Assembly (NCBI RefSeq): GCF_902459465.1
Contig: NC_047069.1
Span: forward strand, 17,112,001-17,176,000
Length of the DNA: 64,000 nucleotides
Reading direction: 5' to 3'
From: Asterias rubens
Lineage: Eukaryota
The notes below the pieces were generated by a model, which saw only the letters and a program-made list of their open reading frames with translations, was not told the origin of the DNA and ran no database searches. The stretch's first letter is position 1; every line of letters begins with the position of its first letter. Both the position numbers and the translations under genes were made by a program. This document shows positions 1 through 12,919 of the stretch, piece by piece.

Positions 1-75
1 CCCCCGGAAATTCTATGCCTGTTTGGGACATAATCGCTTTAAACTTGTCGTTTACTTTAAGGGCTTCCTTGGTAA

Positions 76-507
76 CTACCGACCCACCCTTGCATAGAAC
101 AGGGCCCCCGTGATAATTGCAGATGGCAAGTTCATTGTCCGAAAACAGCTTCGATGGTCAAGCACCAAGTACTTCGGTTCGGGCTTGTCGTCTGCAATGC
201 CTAGGTGTTTCTTAATCCTTGACACATCTCCTGAGAGTTTTTTAAGTTCAGCCAAAATTAACTGGAGGGTTGCTGGTGGCACTTGGGATTGTGGGGCCTC
301 TCTGTCATCCAGGCCTTCCTGGGCTGGGTGGATCCCGGTTGCTTCCGGGGCAGCATGGGTTGGGGGGGGAGCTGGATTGGCTCCGGGCCTTCCTGATACG
401 GGGGGAGCTCGATTGTTGTTGCATGTCCAAACCTTCCTCGGCTGGGGGGAACTCGATTGTGTCCAAACCTTCCTCGGCTGGGGGCAACTCGATCTCCGTG
501 CCAGCAT
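76..507 (-). pseudogene. Fragment of an unknown protein with PAEEGLD/PAQEGLD peptide repeats followed by a short coiled coil; frameshifted, probably continues off the window edge
   Basis: ORFs 76..507 and 305..487 encode repeats of (P)PA(E/Q)EGLD in different frames, then LQLILAELKKLSGDVSRIKKHL. No family recognised. Confidence 0.35.
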
Positions 508-560
508 GGGGTGGGGATAGCTCGACTGGTTCTAGACCTTCCTGGGCTGGGGGGAGTTGG
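310..560. repeat. Degenerate ~35-40 bp GC-rich minisatellite (ccttcctcggctggggg core)
   Basis: Near-identical units gtccaaaccttcctcggctggggg at ~425 and ~461; related units at ~310, ~385 and ~536. Confidence 0.7.
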
Positions 561-777
561 GTCGGTTCCGTGGCGAGTTGGGTCGGTTCCGGTGCGAGTT
601 GCGTCGGTTCCGGGGCAGCATGGTGTATTATCAGTGTTTTATTTTATTATTAACAGAAGCCAAAACGTTAACACAATTGTAAAAATAATACCCTTAGTTG
701 AAAGGATTTATCAGGCCACTTGAAAATATAACCAGAATGCCCTCATAATTAATAAGCGGGCCACTTAAAAAGACGTG

Positions 778-873
778 TCAAGAATAAAATAACTAAGATC
801 GAGAAACGCATCATGTTCAAACAAGGGTTTAAAAATTAAACGACCTATCAAGAATAAAATAACTAAGATCGAG
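778..873. repeat. 26-bp perfect direct repeat, 70 bp apart
   Basis: tcaagaataaaataactaagatcgag at 778-803 and 848-873. Confidence 0.85.
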
Positions 874-1093
874 TACGGATCTAATCCTTACACTGCAATG
901 ATAACATGTACCGTTTAAGGTTGATCTTTAAGTAATTCGCTAACAACATAAAAATCATGCAGTTAAGATACACCCGCTTTAGAGTGAACCACAAACTCGG
1001 GAGAATAATAAATCTAATCAATACGTTTGCACCTTCAAACAAGAGATTCAATAAAATACTAAGAATAAGAAGAAGAAAAAATTCAAGTCTTAC

Positions 1094-1345
1094 CTGTTCA
1101 AGTGACGATTCGTGAGGCGGTGTCTCTGGTATGACGTTGGGTTCTGATGCGGTGGACGGGCCAGCCGTTGCTTCATCCTCCATCCTGTCGATCAGCACAA
1201 GTTGTGAGGATGTAGGGGGAGGCGAGTTAAATGGGTAGTACCCATCAACGGTGGCATCCTCCTCCATGTTGGAAATAGCAACAAGGTGGGAAGGTGTCGG
1301 GTCCGGCGAACCAAACGTTTGGTCATCGTAGCAGTCGTTCGACAT
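1094..1345 (-). CDS. Probable first exon of an acidic low-complexity protein with an internal peptide duplication
   Basis: ATG at 1345; SHLVAISNMEEDAT / SQLVLIDRMEDEAT duplication; donor CAG|gtaaga at 1094/1093. Confidence 0.35.
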
Positions 1346-1498
1346 TGTGAAAACGTAGAGCGTTGAATCAGACTACCTTGGAGAGGACTTCATTTCTGTT
1401 TGATATGCTCGTCCCTTTCGGCATTTTTAAAGGCCCCTGAAGTTATTTTGGGCATAATCCTTTGGTCGATTGATAAGAGAGGGGTACCTAAAACACTA

Positions 1499-2844
1499 TG
1501 CCATAATTTGTCGCCCCCTCTTATATATATATATATATATTTTTTTTTCATGATACCTATGAAAAACTATAGACGGGCCAAAAACAATATTCTTTTTCAT
1601 CAAATAGTACAAATCTTTGTTTTGCTGTCAATGAGGGAAAAATATGTGTCGTCGGAAAAAGTCAGAAATAAGTAGTGCAGTGAAAGACCAGGTACAGATA
1701 TGGCACACTTACACTGTAAACAATATCCATGCTGTGTTCCTAGAACTCGAAACGTTTTGGCAACAGCACTCAAAAATGGAACCATGTCCAAATTATTGGA
1801 CCAAACCATATTCCCGCATAGTTTGCACTCTATCACCTACACACTTTTAAAACAATCCTTTTGACTGTGTTGGATCACTTGGTATATGTGTTGTACTTCA
1901 ATTCCAATGGATAAGTACCACTGGAGAAGAGGAGTCGCCAACAAAAACATTTTTCCCCAAACATACTCCTTATTAAACTCTTATGAGGAGTCTTCAGGAG
2001 ACCTTCCCCCTCAATCTTGCATATGATCACCGATATTATTTTTACTGAAAAAAAACCAAGCTTTTTTGAAGATTGGTGTCATTTCTTCAAACACTTCTTT
2101 TAATGCTGGATGAACACGCAAATCACATTCTACCAAGCCAAACATCAATCCCTTAACAATGAAATGCAGGATCTCACGCTGGGTCATCCTTTTTTGGTCG
2201 AAGTGTGTGGGACGGATTGTCTTAAAGAATTTTCTCAAATCTAAGTTTCCCTTGATTTCTGTTTCCCATTGGCATTCAGTTATCTCAATAAGGTTATATC
2301 CCTGATCCTTGATGTAAGACAACATTTTTTTCCGTCTCTACTTGTAGCTGTGCATAGCTCTTTTGTCTCATTTCATTATAATTTGTTTTGTTGAGGAAGC
2401 AGTTGTGTTCTTGCCAGAAACACCATGAAATTAGTAGACGGTTTGAGTCTGATGACAAAAACCGTCTGCAGGAATGTTTCTTGCCCCTACTCGTTTTTCT
2501 TTTCCATTGAATTTGTTTAGGATATGTACACCTTGCGCTTCTGACTCTCAGCATTCTGTGGCCCTTATCCCATACTTTTGACTCTGTGTCGGCTCACAGT
2601 TTTCCTTGGCTTTTCGTCTAACGAAGGCACCAGTTGGCATATTTTGCATTAGTGCCCACAAATATAAGGCATTGGCAACAAAGCCTATTACCTTTATGCA
2701 TAATTTGTCGCCCCCTCTTGTATGTTTTTTTTTTTTTTCTCATGATACCTATGAAAAACTTTAGACGGGCCACCAACAATATTTTTTTTCATCAAATAGT
2801 ACAAGTCTTTGTTTTGCTGTCAATGAGGGAAAAATATGTGTCGT
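1499..2844 (-). pseudogene. polB: Polinton/Maverick-type protein-primed family B DNA polymerase fragment, ~1.1 tandem units (locus 1)
   Basis: Translated pieces AISVPGLSL.YLF, K.NIVGGPSIVFHR, VIGFVANALYLW (motif A with D>V), GLVECDL, MTPIFK. Several frameshifts; the sequence repeats with a 1197-bp period. Confidence 0.85.
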
Positions 2845-2989
2845 GCAGAAATGAATGGAAAGCTTTGGGATATTCGTCATATTGAAGCCTTGGGCAATCA
2901 CATCCAGATTGTGTATCAACATCTACTTTTAGACATAGTGACATTACTTATCAAAGATAGACATGAAGCAGACCTTCCCCCAAGTCAAT

Positions 2990-3960
2990 CTGATAAGAAA
3001 GTACCATTATCCAAGGATGAATGAGAATCTAGTGGGAAGGTTGCCATCATCTCCTCATCAAAACCCATCATTGCCTCCTTTATGGTTGACTCTTGCTTGA
3101 GCTCGAGAGAAACACTTTCCTTCTCCAACAGTGCGGAAATCTTTGCTTGTAGAGCAGTATTGGAACGTCTCGGGGCTCTTCTCTCGGCAGAAAGTTGATG
3201 TGCCTTTTGTTGCAGCTGCAACACTGACAGACTGCAGTTTGGAATCTTGGATGATGCAGTAATGATGACTCCTTCCTTCGCCTTCACTCGATACAACATG
3301 GCAGAAAGATCACTTTGATGACAGATGCATCGCATCGAGTGACAGATGGCCCGGTGAGTAGTAGTCTGCATCTAAGGTGCCGGATGGTTCCCTCTACCAA
3401 AGAATCTTGAGGTGTTATAAACATCGGCACCTGCCCATCGTTTCCCGTCTTTGATAGCACCAGCTCTTGGAAGTCACTATTCCCCTCACAAATGACCCCA
3501 CTTGATATCGAAGAGCAAAGCCGCTCACAGTCATCTTTCCTCGATATTTCTGGAACTTGAAGTGCGGGACAACTAGAATCATCCACCACAACACCTGCTA
3601 TTTTTAGCTTCCACGAGAAATCTGAAAACACACTCAGATACACAGCTACGTAACCCTCGGCCCGGTCGTCATAATCTGAAGAAAATCATTCCCGAACCAA
3701 GTCAGAAGCCTTGATCTCTGGGCTGCAGCCTCATAATCACTGAGCAAAGATTTTATAGATGGAGATTTTGCTCTGCAGCGGTCACATTCGGTCGATTCAA
3801 ACACTGCTACATCGATGTTGCATATGGCAAACCTGTTGTTCTTCTTACTAAAACTCTTCCACCACTGCCTCACCTTAACTTCACACAATTTGCAGATATA
3901 CGGAGGATAGATATCTGCATCTTCTACGAAGGCACTCTGAATGAAGAAGCATTCTTGAAC
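2990..3960 (-). pseudogene. N-terminal half of a RAG1-NTD-like/P-element transposase family member (paralog of 48386-52162)
   Basis: EDADIYPPYICKLCEVKVRQWWK, LSVFSDFSWKLKIAG, ICEGNSDF, TIRHLRCRLLL and ALQAKISALLEKESVSL align in order with THPPFLCHNCFKKLDLW, LSIFNDVSWRVDVCG, VCTGNGDY, TIRHRKCSLLV and ALQEKVRLMIEGDSITL of the 628-aa ORF. Confidence 0.8.
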
Positions 3961-5245
3961 CTGTCAGCACAAACAAATATTTGTTATTTTTATAATAGTA
4001 AATGATAGTTAATGTTTGATTTAAATTTGCACTTAATTTAGTAACAAAATCTTTATCTATTCCCAAACCCAAATTGGCCCATGCACAAGGGCTAACAACA
4101 CCAAGGAGAGCTTTAAAATTAGTTTAAAAAGCAGTGACTTCACGAGCGAGGGGTGAGGGAAATTAAATATGAACTTAATTAAAAAGAAAACGTAGAAATA
4201 AAACAGAATATTAATCTCGTAAAACTAAAAGTTGTACTAAATAGTGTCTATTAAAATTAAAAATTAAAATAATGGGTTTTTTTTGTAAGGCATAGTCAAT
4301 TGGTAGGGAGATGGGGAGGTCCAGACTGTGTAGAGAAATATTATAAATGCACACTGCACTGGTGAGGCACATAAACAAAAACAACCAAACTAAAATCGAA
4401 ATAATTCTTTAAAATCATACAAATTATTTTTAAAATGGTTGGACAAGCCCCCCAAAAAAACGAGTGGACATGAAAGACCTCTGAATCTGATAATCTTACC
4501 TATCCTACCCAAACTAAAAAACGAATAACACTAGGTTTATGAATTAAAATCCAAGTTAAAAAAGTAACATATCAAAAATATAAGTTCCCATATTAACAAC
4601 ATTAAAAGCGATAAATCGATGGTTAAAAAAAAAAATCCCATAACTTTTGTGTTAAAAAATCGTAAAGAGTTGAGCATCCTCATATCAGAAAGAACAAGGA
4701 CGTATGCTTCTAAAAATACCAATTTCCAACGCCGACGAACACCGGAACACCCTGAAAACCCATTTTTAATATTATCATAATATATAGTATTTCATACTTT
4801 ATCCAGAATTGTAATCATGTACTAACCTTGGTGGAAAAGGTCGAAAATTTTCGATCAAAACATTGTTGCAATCAGAATTTCACGCAGAATCGTTTGGAAA
4901 AGATGGCGCATAGAAAAGCGGCTTGTAAACACTACTGCGCATGTGAAAACTGGTTGTTTTTTGATTGTATGTGCAGATCATGTTTACTCCAGTATTGCTT
5001 GAACGATGACATATGCGTGTCCTGTGAACGAGATCGCGGCACTGGACACTGCACACAGAAGACGTTATCGCGGTCGTAAACCTGGTGAGCTCAGCCAGTG
5101 GCCCCATAGGTTTAGTGCAGGATAGCCAAAGGCGCTAATGGGATTAATTGGCTGTGGTTTTTCGTTCCAACTCCTTCTAATTCAACCTCCATGCTGTAAC
5201 TACCCGTTTTTCTTTTCCATTAAACTTGTGTAGAATATATACAAA

Positions 5246-6540
5246 TTGCGCTTCTGACTCTCAGCATTCTGTGGCCCTTATCCCATACTTTTGACTCTGT
5301 GTCGGCTCACAGTTTTCCTTGGCTTTCCGTGTAACAAAGGCACCAGTCGGCATATTTTGCAACAAAGCCAATTACCTTTTTGCATAATTTGTCGCCCCCT
5401 CTTATATGTTTTTTTTCTTCATGAGACCTATGAAAAACTATAGACGGGCCACCATCGATATTCTTTTTCATCACATAGTACAAATCTTTGTTTTTGCTGT
5501 CAATGAGGGAAAAATATGTGTTGTCGAACAAAGTCGAAAATAAGTAGCGCAGTGAAAGACCAGGTACAGATATGGCACACTTACACTGTAAACATATCCA
5601 TGCTGTGTTGTTCCTAGAACTCAAAACGTTTTGGCAACAGCACTCAAAAATGGAACCATGTCCAAATTATTGGACCAAACCATATTCCCGCAAAGTTTGC
5701 ACTCTATCACCTACACACTTTTAAAACAATCCTTTTGTCTGTATTGGATCACTTGGTATATATGTGTTGTACTTCAATTCCAATGGATAAGTACCACTGG
5801 AGAAGAGGAGTCGCCAAAAAAAAAAAAAAAATTCCCCAAACATACTCCCTATTAAACTCTTATAAGGAGTCTTCAGGAGACCTTCCCGCTCTGCATTATC
5901 TTGCATATGATCACCGATATTATTTATACTGATATAAGCATTTTTGAAGATTGGTGTCATTTCTTCAAACACTTCTTTTAATGCTGGATGAACATGCAAA
6001 TCACATTCTACCAAGCCAAACATCAATCCCTTAACAATGAAATGCAGGATCTCACGGTGGGTCATCCTTTTTTTGTCGAAGTGTGTGGGACGGATTGTCT
6101 TAAAGAATTTTCTCAAATCTAAGTTTCCCTTGATTTCTGTTTCCCATTGGCATTCGGTTATCTCAATAAGGTTATATCCCTGATCCTTGATGTAAGAAGA
6201 CATTTTTTTCCGTCTCATCTTGTAGCTGTGCACAGCTCTTTTGTCTTATTTCATTATAATTTGTTTTGTTGAGGAAGCAGTTGTGTTTATGCCAGAAGCA
6301 CCATGAAATTGGTAGACGGTTTGAGTCTGTTGACAAAAACCGTCTGCAGGAATGTTTCTTGCCACTACTCGTTTTCTTTTCCATTGAATTTGTTTAGGAT
6401 ATGTACACCTTGCGCTTCTTACTCTCAGCATTCTGTGGCCCTTATCCCATACTTTTGACTCTGTGTCGGCTCATAGGTTTCCTTGGCTTTTCGTCTAACG
6501 AAGGCACCAGTTGGCATATTTTGCATTAGTGCCCACAAAT
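5246..6540 (-). pseudogene. polB: Polinton-type PolB fragment, ~1.1 tandem units (locus 2)
   Basis: Highly similar in DNA to locus 1; ORF 5721..6233 GYNLIEITECQW...TPIFKNAY...; internal period ~1164 bp. Confidence 0.85.
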
Positions 6541-7400
6541 TTTGGCTAGTTGTAGCTGATCGAGTTTACCAGAATTAAGATCCCTGTACCAATCATGCTG
6601 TAATGTAGCAGTAGTTCTTATTCAGCTAGATGTAGCTGATTGAGACTGCCATGCTTATTTCAGCAAACCTAGTCATAAGGATGTGTAGTTTATAGATGTA
6701 GCCAATTGAGTTTACCAGAAGTGAGATACCAAATTCCAATTAAGACCCATAATACCTGCACCAATAATGCTGTACTGAGTGGTAGTTCTAATTCAGCTAG
6801 ATGTAGCTGATTGAGACTGCCATCCTTATTTCAGCCACTCCAGTCATAAGGACAGTTTATATATATTATACAACAATATCCTGAAATGGAAGGCCTGGCT
6901 ATCAGTGGCTGTGGCTTAATCATCCTTTGAACAGCGGCTGAAGTATAGGTTGCCCACAGCAACACTCTTAGCCATAACATAGCGACAGCCATCAACTCAA
7001 ACACCACTATGTTCCCATTTGCAATGTAGTGGTATACTAGTTTGGCCAGGTGTGGCTGAATGAGAATGCCACAAATACATGCAAAGACATTGCTTTGATG
7101 GATCATTTGGATGTAAGACTAGTGAATTTTAATGGCATGCTAGTTTGGCTAGATGTAGCTGCATGAGTGTGTCATTAAATAAGGAAACCGATGTCCGTTA
7201 ATTTGCATCATTTAAGATGTAAGAAGTTACAGGTGCAAAAAACAGTCATTACTGACATTACATTTTACAAGTAAGCTGTAATTGTTACGGAGATGTAATT
7301 GTGAACACACATTACCCAAATTATGCATACTATGTTGAAATGTGAATTGTTAGGGTTAAAGAGGTTGATTTGTAGGATAGGTTGGTTGAAACTTAAATTT
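6541..7400. repeat. Non-autonomous repeat module with multiple GCTAGATGTAGC(T/C)(G/A)ATTGAG motifs (copy 1, partial)
   Basis: Motif at ~6546, 6625, 6695, 6794 and 7147; colinear with 8700-10440 and 60460-62331. Confidence 0.75.
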
Positions 7401-7749
7401 TTCAAGAATGGATGGTAGTTATTATTCCCTAGATGCTAACAGGAATAACGTCCTTGTCTGTCTGATGTAGGGATGATATTGTCGCAACTGGTGGCATTGG
7501 TCAATCTATCAGGGATAGAGCCTTAGCCTACTTCGTCGCTGATTGGTTGTTTGAGTGATGGACATGGAATGATCCGGGTTTGCTTGTTGGCCATCAGTAT
7601 GCATCCTCTCTCAAAGTGCACATTGTTATGACATCTCCAGAGTTGTAATGTTGGCAGATGTTGTCATATGTGACACACCTTATAGCTCCTGTCTGGTCTG
7701 CTAAACTAAGTTGATGTGCCTTGTCGATTTTGAGCATTTTCACAATTTG

Positions 7750-8300
7750 AGCTCTTAGTGCTTTTGGATACGGCTCTTTTTTTGGAGGATGTTCCACTAG
7801 ATCCGGCAAGGATGCACTGCTTCAGCCGAAGTTCAGCAAATTTTGAAAATCCAACTTTCAGATTAGGATTTTTTTCTTTGAAAAGTTCAAACACTTCTTT
7901 CAGATTACAAAGAACAAGATGTTTCTGGAGATGTTTCTTCTCACCGTCAACAGTAACTGATACAAAGTCTTTCATCCCTGGCATTTGTCTGCTGACGGAC
8001 TCAGATAAATAAAAGTCTCTCACAGTTTTCCAGCCTTAGGATTTGGAATGGAAAGTATTCCAGCCTTAGGATTTGGAATGGAAAGTATTCCCTGCTCATT
8101 CACCAGTTTCTTTGCTTTTCTTGCCATGTAGTTTGATGCTCCAAATTCATCTGCTATTCTTTTGATACTCCAACTCACTGGTAAGACAGTCAAGACTTGA
8201 ACTTTTTCACTTTTCTTGGTCAAGGAATGAAACTTTTGTTTCAACTGAGTTATCATCTCACTTTAATCATCACCGAACTGTTTTCCTGTAACGGTTTCCA
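7750..8300 (-). pseudogene. Fragment of a DNA-transposon protein (uncharacterised family, possibly CMC/Chapaev-3-like)
   Basis: Motifs VLTVLP.SWS.KRIA.EFG.S.YMARKAK, DFY...SR.MPG.KDFVSV, QKHLVLCNLKEVF..FK and GFSKFAELR.KQC..AGSSGT. Includes a 30-bp tandem duplication at 8028-8087. The superfamily call is tentative. Confidence 0.55.
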
Positions 8301-8699
8301 GTTTCTGCTTTATTGTTGTCTCTATTCGCTTAACTTTGTTTTCCATGTAACTTCCATGAGCTTAGTAGTTTGTGTACTACCCCTGACTACTACATTAAAA
8401 GAGCTGGGTTCTAAAAAGTTGTTACATTTTGTTTAGTCTAGTCAATTGAGCAGACAACAAATATTGTTGATGAATTGAAGAACTACATGTACACTGTAGA
8501 AAGTGTCTGGAAGTTATGATATGAGTACCAGAGTTGCCAACAGAAATTTCCATGAAAAAAAAAACCAATCAATCTGCCAATGTTCTGCGTGAACAATTTC
8601 CAAATTATCCCTGGTGATTAATTTGTCCATTATATGTTGATCAAACCATCTCCCTTATTGTTGTAGAAAATCTCCTTGATTTCAAGATATTGGTAGCTC

Positions 8700-10440
8700 T
8701 GGAATAATATAGGGCAGAAGGTATTTTATGTTGACCTGATGTAGTCAACTGAATTTGCCTGAATTTATTTTAAAATTTGTAAATCTTGGTTTAGCTTTCA
8801 TTGTTCTTGTGAAAATCTTTCAGGTCTTTATGTAAGTTAAGTTAATGTGTCCTAAAATATCTACATACATTTCTATGCAAGAATGGTATTCATTCTACTT
8901 GAATATGATATCAGATTTGTTTTGCCCTTGGGAAAATATGATTTTTTTTTCTTCAAAATAAATAACCTGAAAAGTCTGTGTAAGCCAACACCATTGGCAT
9001 TTGGTTCATCCCTTGTACACCAAGGGCCAAATACAATGCCTGCAGTCTGTCTATGTACATTGTATGTGAGTGGTGTGCTATGCAGGCTAGATGTAGCCAA
9101 CTGAGTGTGCCATAACTATTTGATGGACACCAAACCCCACTTTAGTGTAAGCACTGTACCTGTCATTGAGAATATAGTGGGAATTCTAATTTGGCTCATA
9201 CCCAACTCATACATGTAGACAGATACATGTACATGTGCAAGACACACATTTTTCTTCAAACGTATCTGTAATTACAGAATGCTTGTAACTTGGCTTCATA
9301 GATTTAACCGATCCAGCAAGCAATCAAAATCAGAGATAAAATTGAAAGTTCAAAATAAAATTGTTGACAATGCAAAAGGGACACATCCCTGGTAATCTAT
9401 TTTGGCTAGATGCAGTCAATTGAGTTTACCAGAAGTGAGAAACCGAATTCCAATTAAGACCCATTATACCTGTACCAATAATGATGTACTGTAGTGGTAG
9501 TTCTAATTCAGCTAGATGTAGCTGATTGAGACTGCCTTGCTTATTTCAGCCACTCTTGTCATAAGGATGTGTAGTTTAAAGATGTAGCCAATTGAGTTTA
9601 CCAGAAGTGAGATACCAAATTCAACTAAAGACCCACTGCACCAATAATGCTGTATTGTAGTGGTAGTTCAAAGTTCAGCTAGATGAAGCTGATTGAGACT
9701 GCCATGCTTATTTCAGCCACTCTTGTCATAAGGATGTGTAGTTTATAGACACAACATCATCCTGAAATAGCAGGCCATCAACTCAGACATGCCCAGATTG
9801 TGGGCACCACCGTGTTCCCTTCTGCGATGTGGTATGCTAGTTTGGCCAGGTGTGGCTGAATGAGAATGCCAGAAAACATAAAGAAATTGCTTGCTGGATG
9901 CTAGACTAGTGAAGTATCTATAAATGACAAGCTAGTTTGGCTAAATGTAGCTGCATGAGCGTGTCATTAAAGATAAGGACATCAATGTCCATTAATTTGC
10001 ATCATTTAAGATTTAAGAAGGTACAGGTGCAATAACCAATTATCACTCAAAAAATGAAATCTTTTTTGGGACCAGATGAAATTGGGTTTGAATTCCTTGT
10101 TCATAAAACATTGGCTTGCAAGACACTTGATTTGAATAACTTTTTCATTAGGTTTCACACAAACTCAAATTACAAGTGCAAACTCTTAGAACTTTGCGTG
10201 CCTTTCAACCTGATTTTATCTAAACATGATCTGAAATATTTCAAAAAGTCCAATGAGAGCCAAATCAAGATTTCAAGAGGGCTTAGACGCTCCCATTCAT
10301 CATACAATTGAAGAAGACTTGGTTATTTTTGACTGAGGCAATTATATGCCTTCCAAGGATACGATTGTGGATCCAGCGGCAATTTATTCTTAGTTGAAGG
10401 AATAAGTGTCGTTGAATCTTGCTTAGGCACATTAATCAGT
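8700..10440. repeat. Non-autonomous repeat module with GCTAGATGTAGC motif array (copy 2); TTAA-flanked end
   Basis: Seven to eight motif copies between ~8736 and ~9960; ends ggaataagtgtcgttgaatcttgcttaggcacattaa, like 62290-62326. Another partial end at ~10742-10830. Confidence 0.75.
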
Positions 10441-10523
10441 AAAATGTATGGGTGCTCGGCAGACTCCTTTTGATCTGCCATCAATTGCACTCAATATTTT
10501 GAGTAGGAGCACCAGTGGTGGGA

Positions 10524-10699
10524 CAGGCCTGATACTTCACGGAGGCAACGAAGGCAATTGCCTCCGTTGCCCCTGGTCATTGCCTTGGTGCCCGTGAAAT
10601 GCCACAGTAGAAATTTACAATCCCTTATAGGTTGCCCTTTACCTAGGAGAAAATGCCTTGGTCCCCTTGCCCTTTCAAAAAAGGAAGCATACAGGCCTG
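10524..10699. mobile_element. MITE with CAGGCCTG termini (hAT-like)
   Basis: Starts caggcctga and ends tacaggcctg; gtggga is duplicated on both flanks (6 bp, or 8 bp tggtggga if the ends are shifted). Confidence 0.7.
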
Positions 10700-11789
10700 G
10701 TGGGATCAACGAAATTTAAGGAGTGGTTTACTGTGAGATATTTAACAATTCCTGACTGAGGCAATGATAGGCTTTCCAACAGTCCGATATGATTGTGGAT
10801 CCAGTAGCAACATATTCCATAGTTTACTGGAAATAATTAACAAATATATATGCAAGTTCAACTGATGAGTCATGAATTTGACGAAAGGGCAATTAGCAGC
10901 ATTCAAGGTTAACAACAAAAAAACAGACAATTTATGGCATTCTTGTCATATTTTTCCATATTTTTCAAACTGAAAAAAAAACTACCACTCAATAAGTTTG
11001 TATAATTTGAAGAAATTGTAGCAGCCCAAAATTTAAAGGGCTTAACAAGCTGCTGATTGGCCTCTTGAACAGTGTATACTGATGTTCAATTTATTTGTTT
11101 AACTAAGTTAATAACAAACCTTATTTCTATGGAAAGTGCAAAATATGGAGACTGCAAGCTTAGACTGATGAGGGAAACCTCTTGCCCAGTACAGTGGATG
11201 TAATACCTGCTGAAACCAATTGGCAGCAAAGTGACTGTTTAAACTCTGTAATAATTGATACCAGAGCTTAGTGACATATTTCAGTGTAGGTCAAAATATT
11301 GTATAAATGCAATTTACATAATCCCCCCCCCCCTATCACTTCTGCAAAAATGAATAATTTATTGTTGACCAGTGGTTTTTATAGTAATGTTTTCTCCACT
11401 TATCGTACATGAAGGAAACAAAATGTAAGACATCCTAATAATTTTTTTTTAATTTGTAAAATTTGTAAAAGTGTACACAGTGCATTTTTCCAATGATGTT
11501 TATCATCCATTTTCATGATGTGTATCGTCCGTTTTCATGATGTTTAGGGACCCAAGACAGGGTCAAAGGTGAAGAAGAGGTTTCATCATTCCAAAGGTGC
11601 TGTTACTCATCAATGGTTTGAAAGACTTTAAATCAGATAGGAGCATTTAGACCAAGAGGATTACACTGAGAGGTGCAATCGATCCAGACTTGAAGGTATT
11701 CGGGGATTACGATTCATATGAAAACTTTTATTTTTAGCAAGTAGATACACACTGTTATCACAAACATATTGATACCTGACCATGCAATG

Positions 11790-12129
11790 CCTCAAATCCT
11801 ATATTTTATTTTCTACTTTATTATATGATTAAAAAATATATCAATGGGTGCGTTCGTTTAGCTTCCCTGGGTCACCCCCCGTGTGAGGTTTTTTTTTTTT
11901 CCCAGGACGAATGTGGGTTATTATTTGCACACGTTCGTCCTGGAAAAAAAAAACCCACACACCGGGGTCGACCCAGGGAAGCTAAACGAACGCACCCATT
12001 ATAAACCAAAAGGGAAACTCACTGGGTAAATTTTTATGTGATATTTTGGACTTGTAAAAAGAATTGACTAGAGTGGGATTTGAACCAACGACCTCCAGAT
12101 TAATGTGCCGGCGCTCTACCAACTGAGCT
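11790..12129 (-). mobile_element. tRNA-derived SINE, interrupted by a MITE; truncated second copy at ~12150-12310
   Basis: Minus-strand head agctcagttggtagagcg (A box) ... ggttcaaatccc (B box) at 12068-12129; the body is duplicated downstream. Confidence 0.7.
11846..11997. mobile_element. MITE with long TIRs (Harbinger-like)
   Basis: gggtgcgttcgtttagcttccctgggtc ... gacccagggaagctaaacgaacgcaccc; the neighbouring SINE copy shows the empty site. Confidence 0.8.
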
Positions 12130-12919
12130 TTCCCCGAATGATACCTCGCAATACAATGTCTTAAGTCCTATATTTTATTTGTTACTTTATTATAAATAGA
12201 AAAAAAATAAATACCAATATTAACCACAAGGGAAACTGACTGGGTAAATTTTTATATGATTTTTTGGCTTGGACAAAGAATTGATTAGAGTGGAATTCGA
12301 ACCAACCTCATCCCTTAATCAAATAATCTACATGAAGCCAGTTGATCTTACATACATACTTCTTTTAGGAATCTTAAGTTCCATTGTTTTTTCTAACATT
12401 GTCACCAATCTGAACTTGGAAGTAGAGGTTTTGCTTTAACAAATTGTGGCATAATAGAATTATTCAAATTTGCTTCCAAGATAAATATTTTGTATTTTTT
12501 TAAATTAATTAAGAATTATTTCACGAAATGATTGCATCAGATAAAAGGTTGACACTTTAAAAAAATTATCCGAGTTTGCATTAACATCTTTATAATTGGT
12601 TTATTAGCGAAATTGTTCTTTAAAAAAAATTCAGTATGTGTTAAAAGAAAGCAGGCACACCTCGTGATTTATTTTTATAAAAATTAGGATTGTGGGCGAT
12701 AGCGGTGTGTGGAATAGCGGTGTGTGTGGGGCTGCGTACAATGTACAGGCGCTTAGTGTGTGCGTGAGAGTGCGGTGTGCTTTTCTTTTTAGAGTCAGTC
12801 GGGGGGACTGGTTGTATCGCATTCGGGCGGCTGAGGTTTATCCTTGCTCTATGGTTTTAGCTAGAGTAATTGTCTACACAGCCTTGATCAAGGCTATGTT
12901 TGAACAGATATTCATAAAT

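Noticed and set aside
4828-5079. Small Cys-rich peptide gene
   Set aside because: Short, no recognisable spacing pattern or homolog in the window; could be chance in a CpG-rich patch.
6541-10440. CRISPR-like repeat-spacer array (GCTAGATGTAGC motif)
   Set aside because: Eukaryotic context, degenerate repeats, spacers of ~70-350 bp conserved between copies, no cas genes.
12068-12129. tRNA gene
   Set aside because: A/B boxes are present but there is no clean cloverleaf or acceptor stem, and it is attached to a repeated body, so it is a SINE head.
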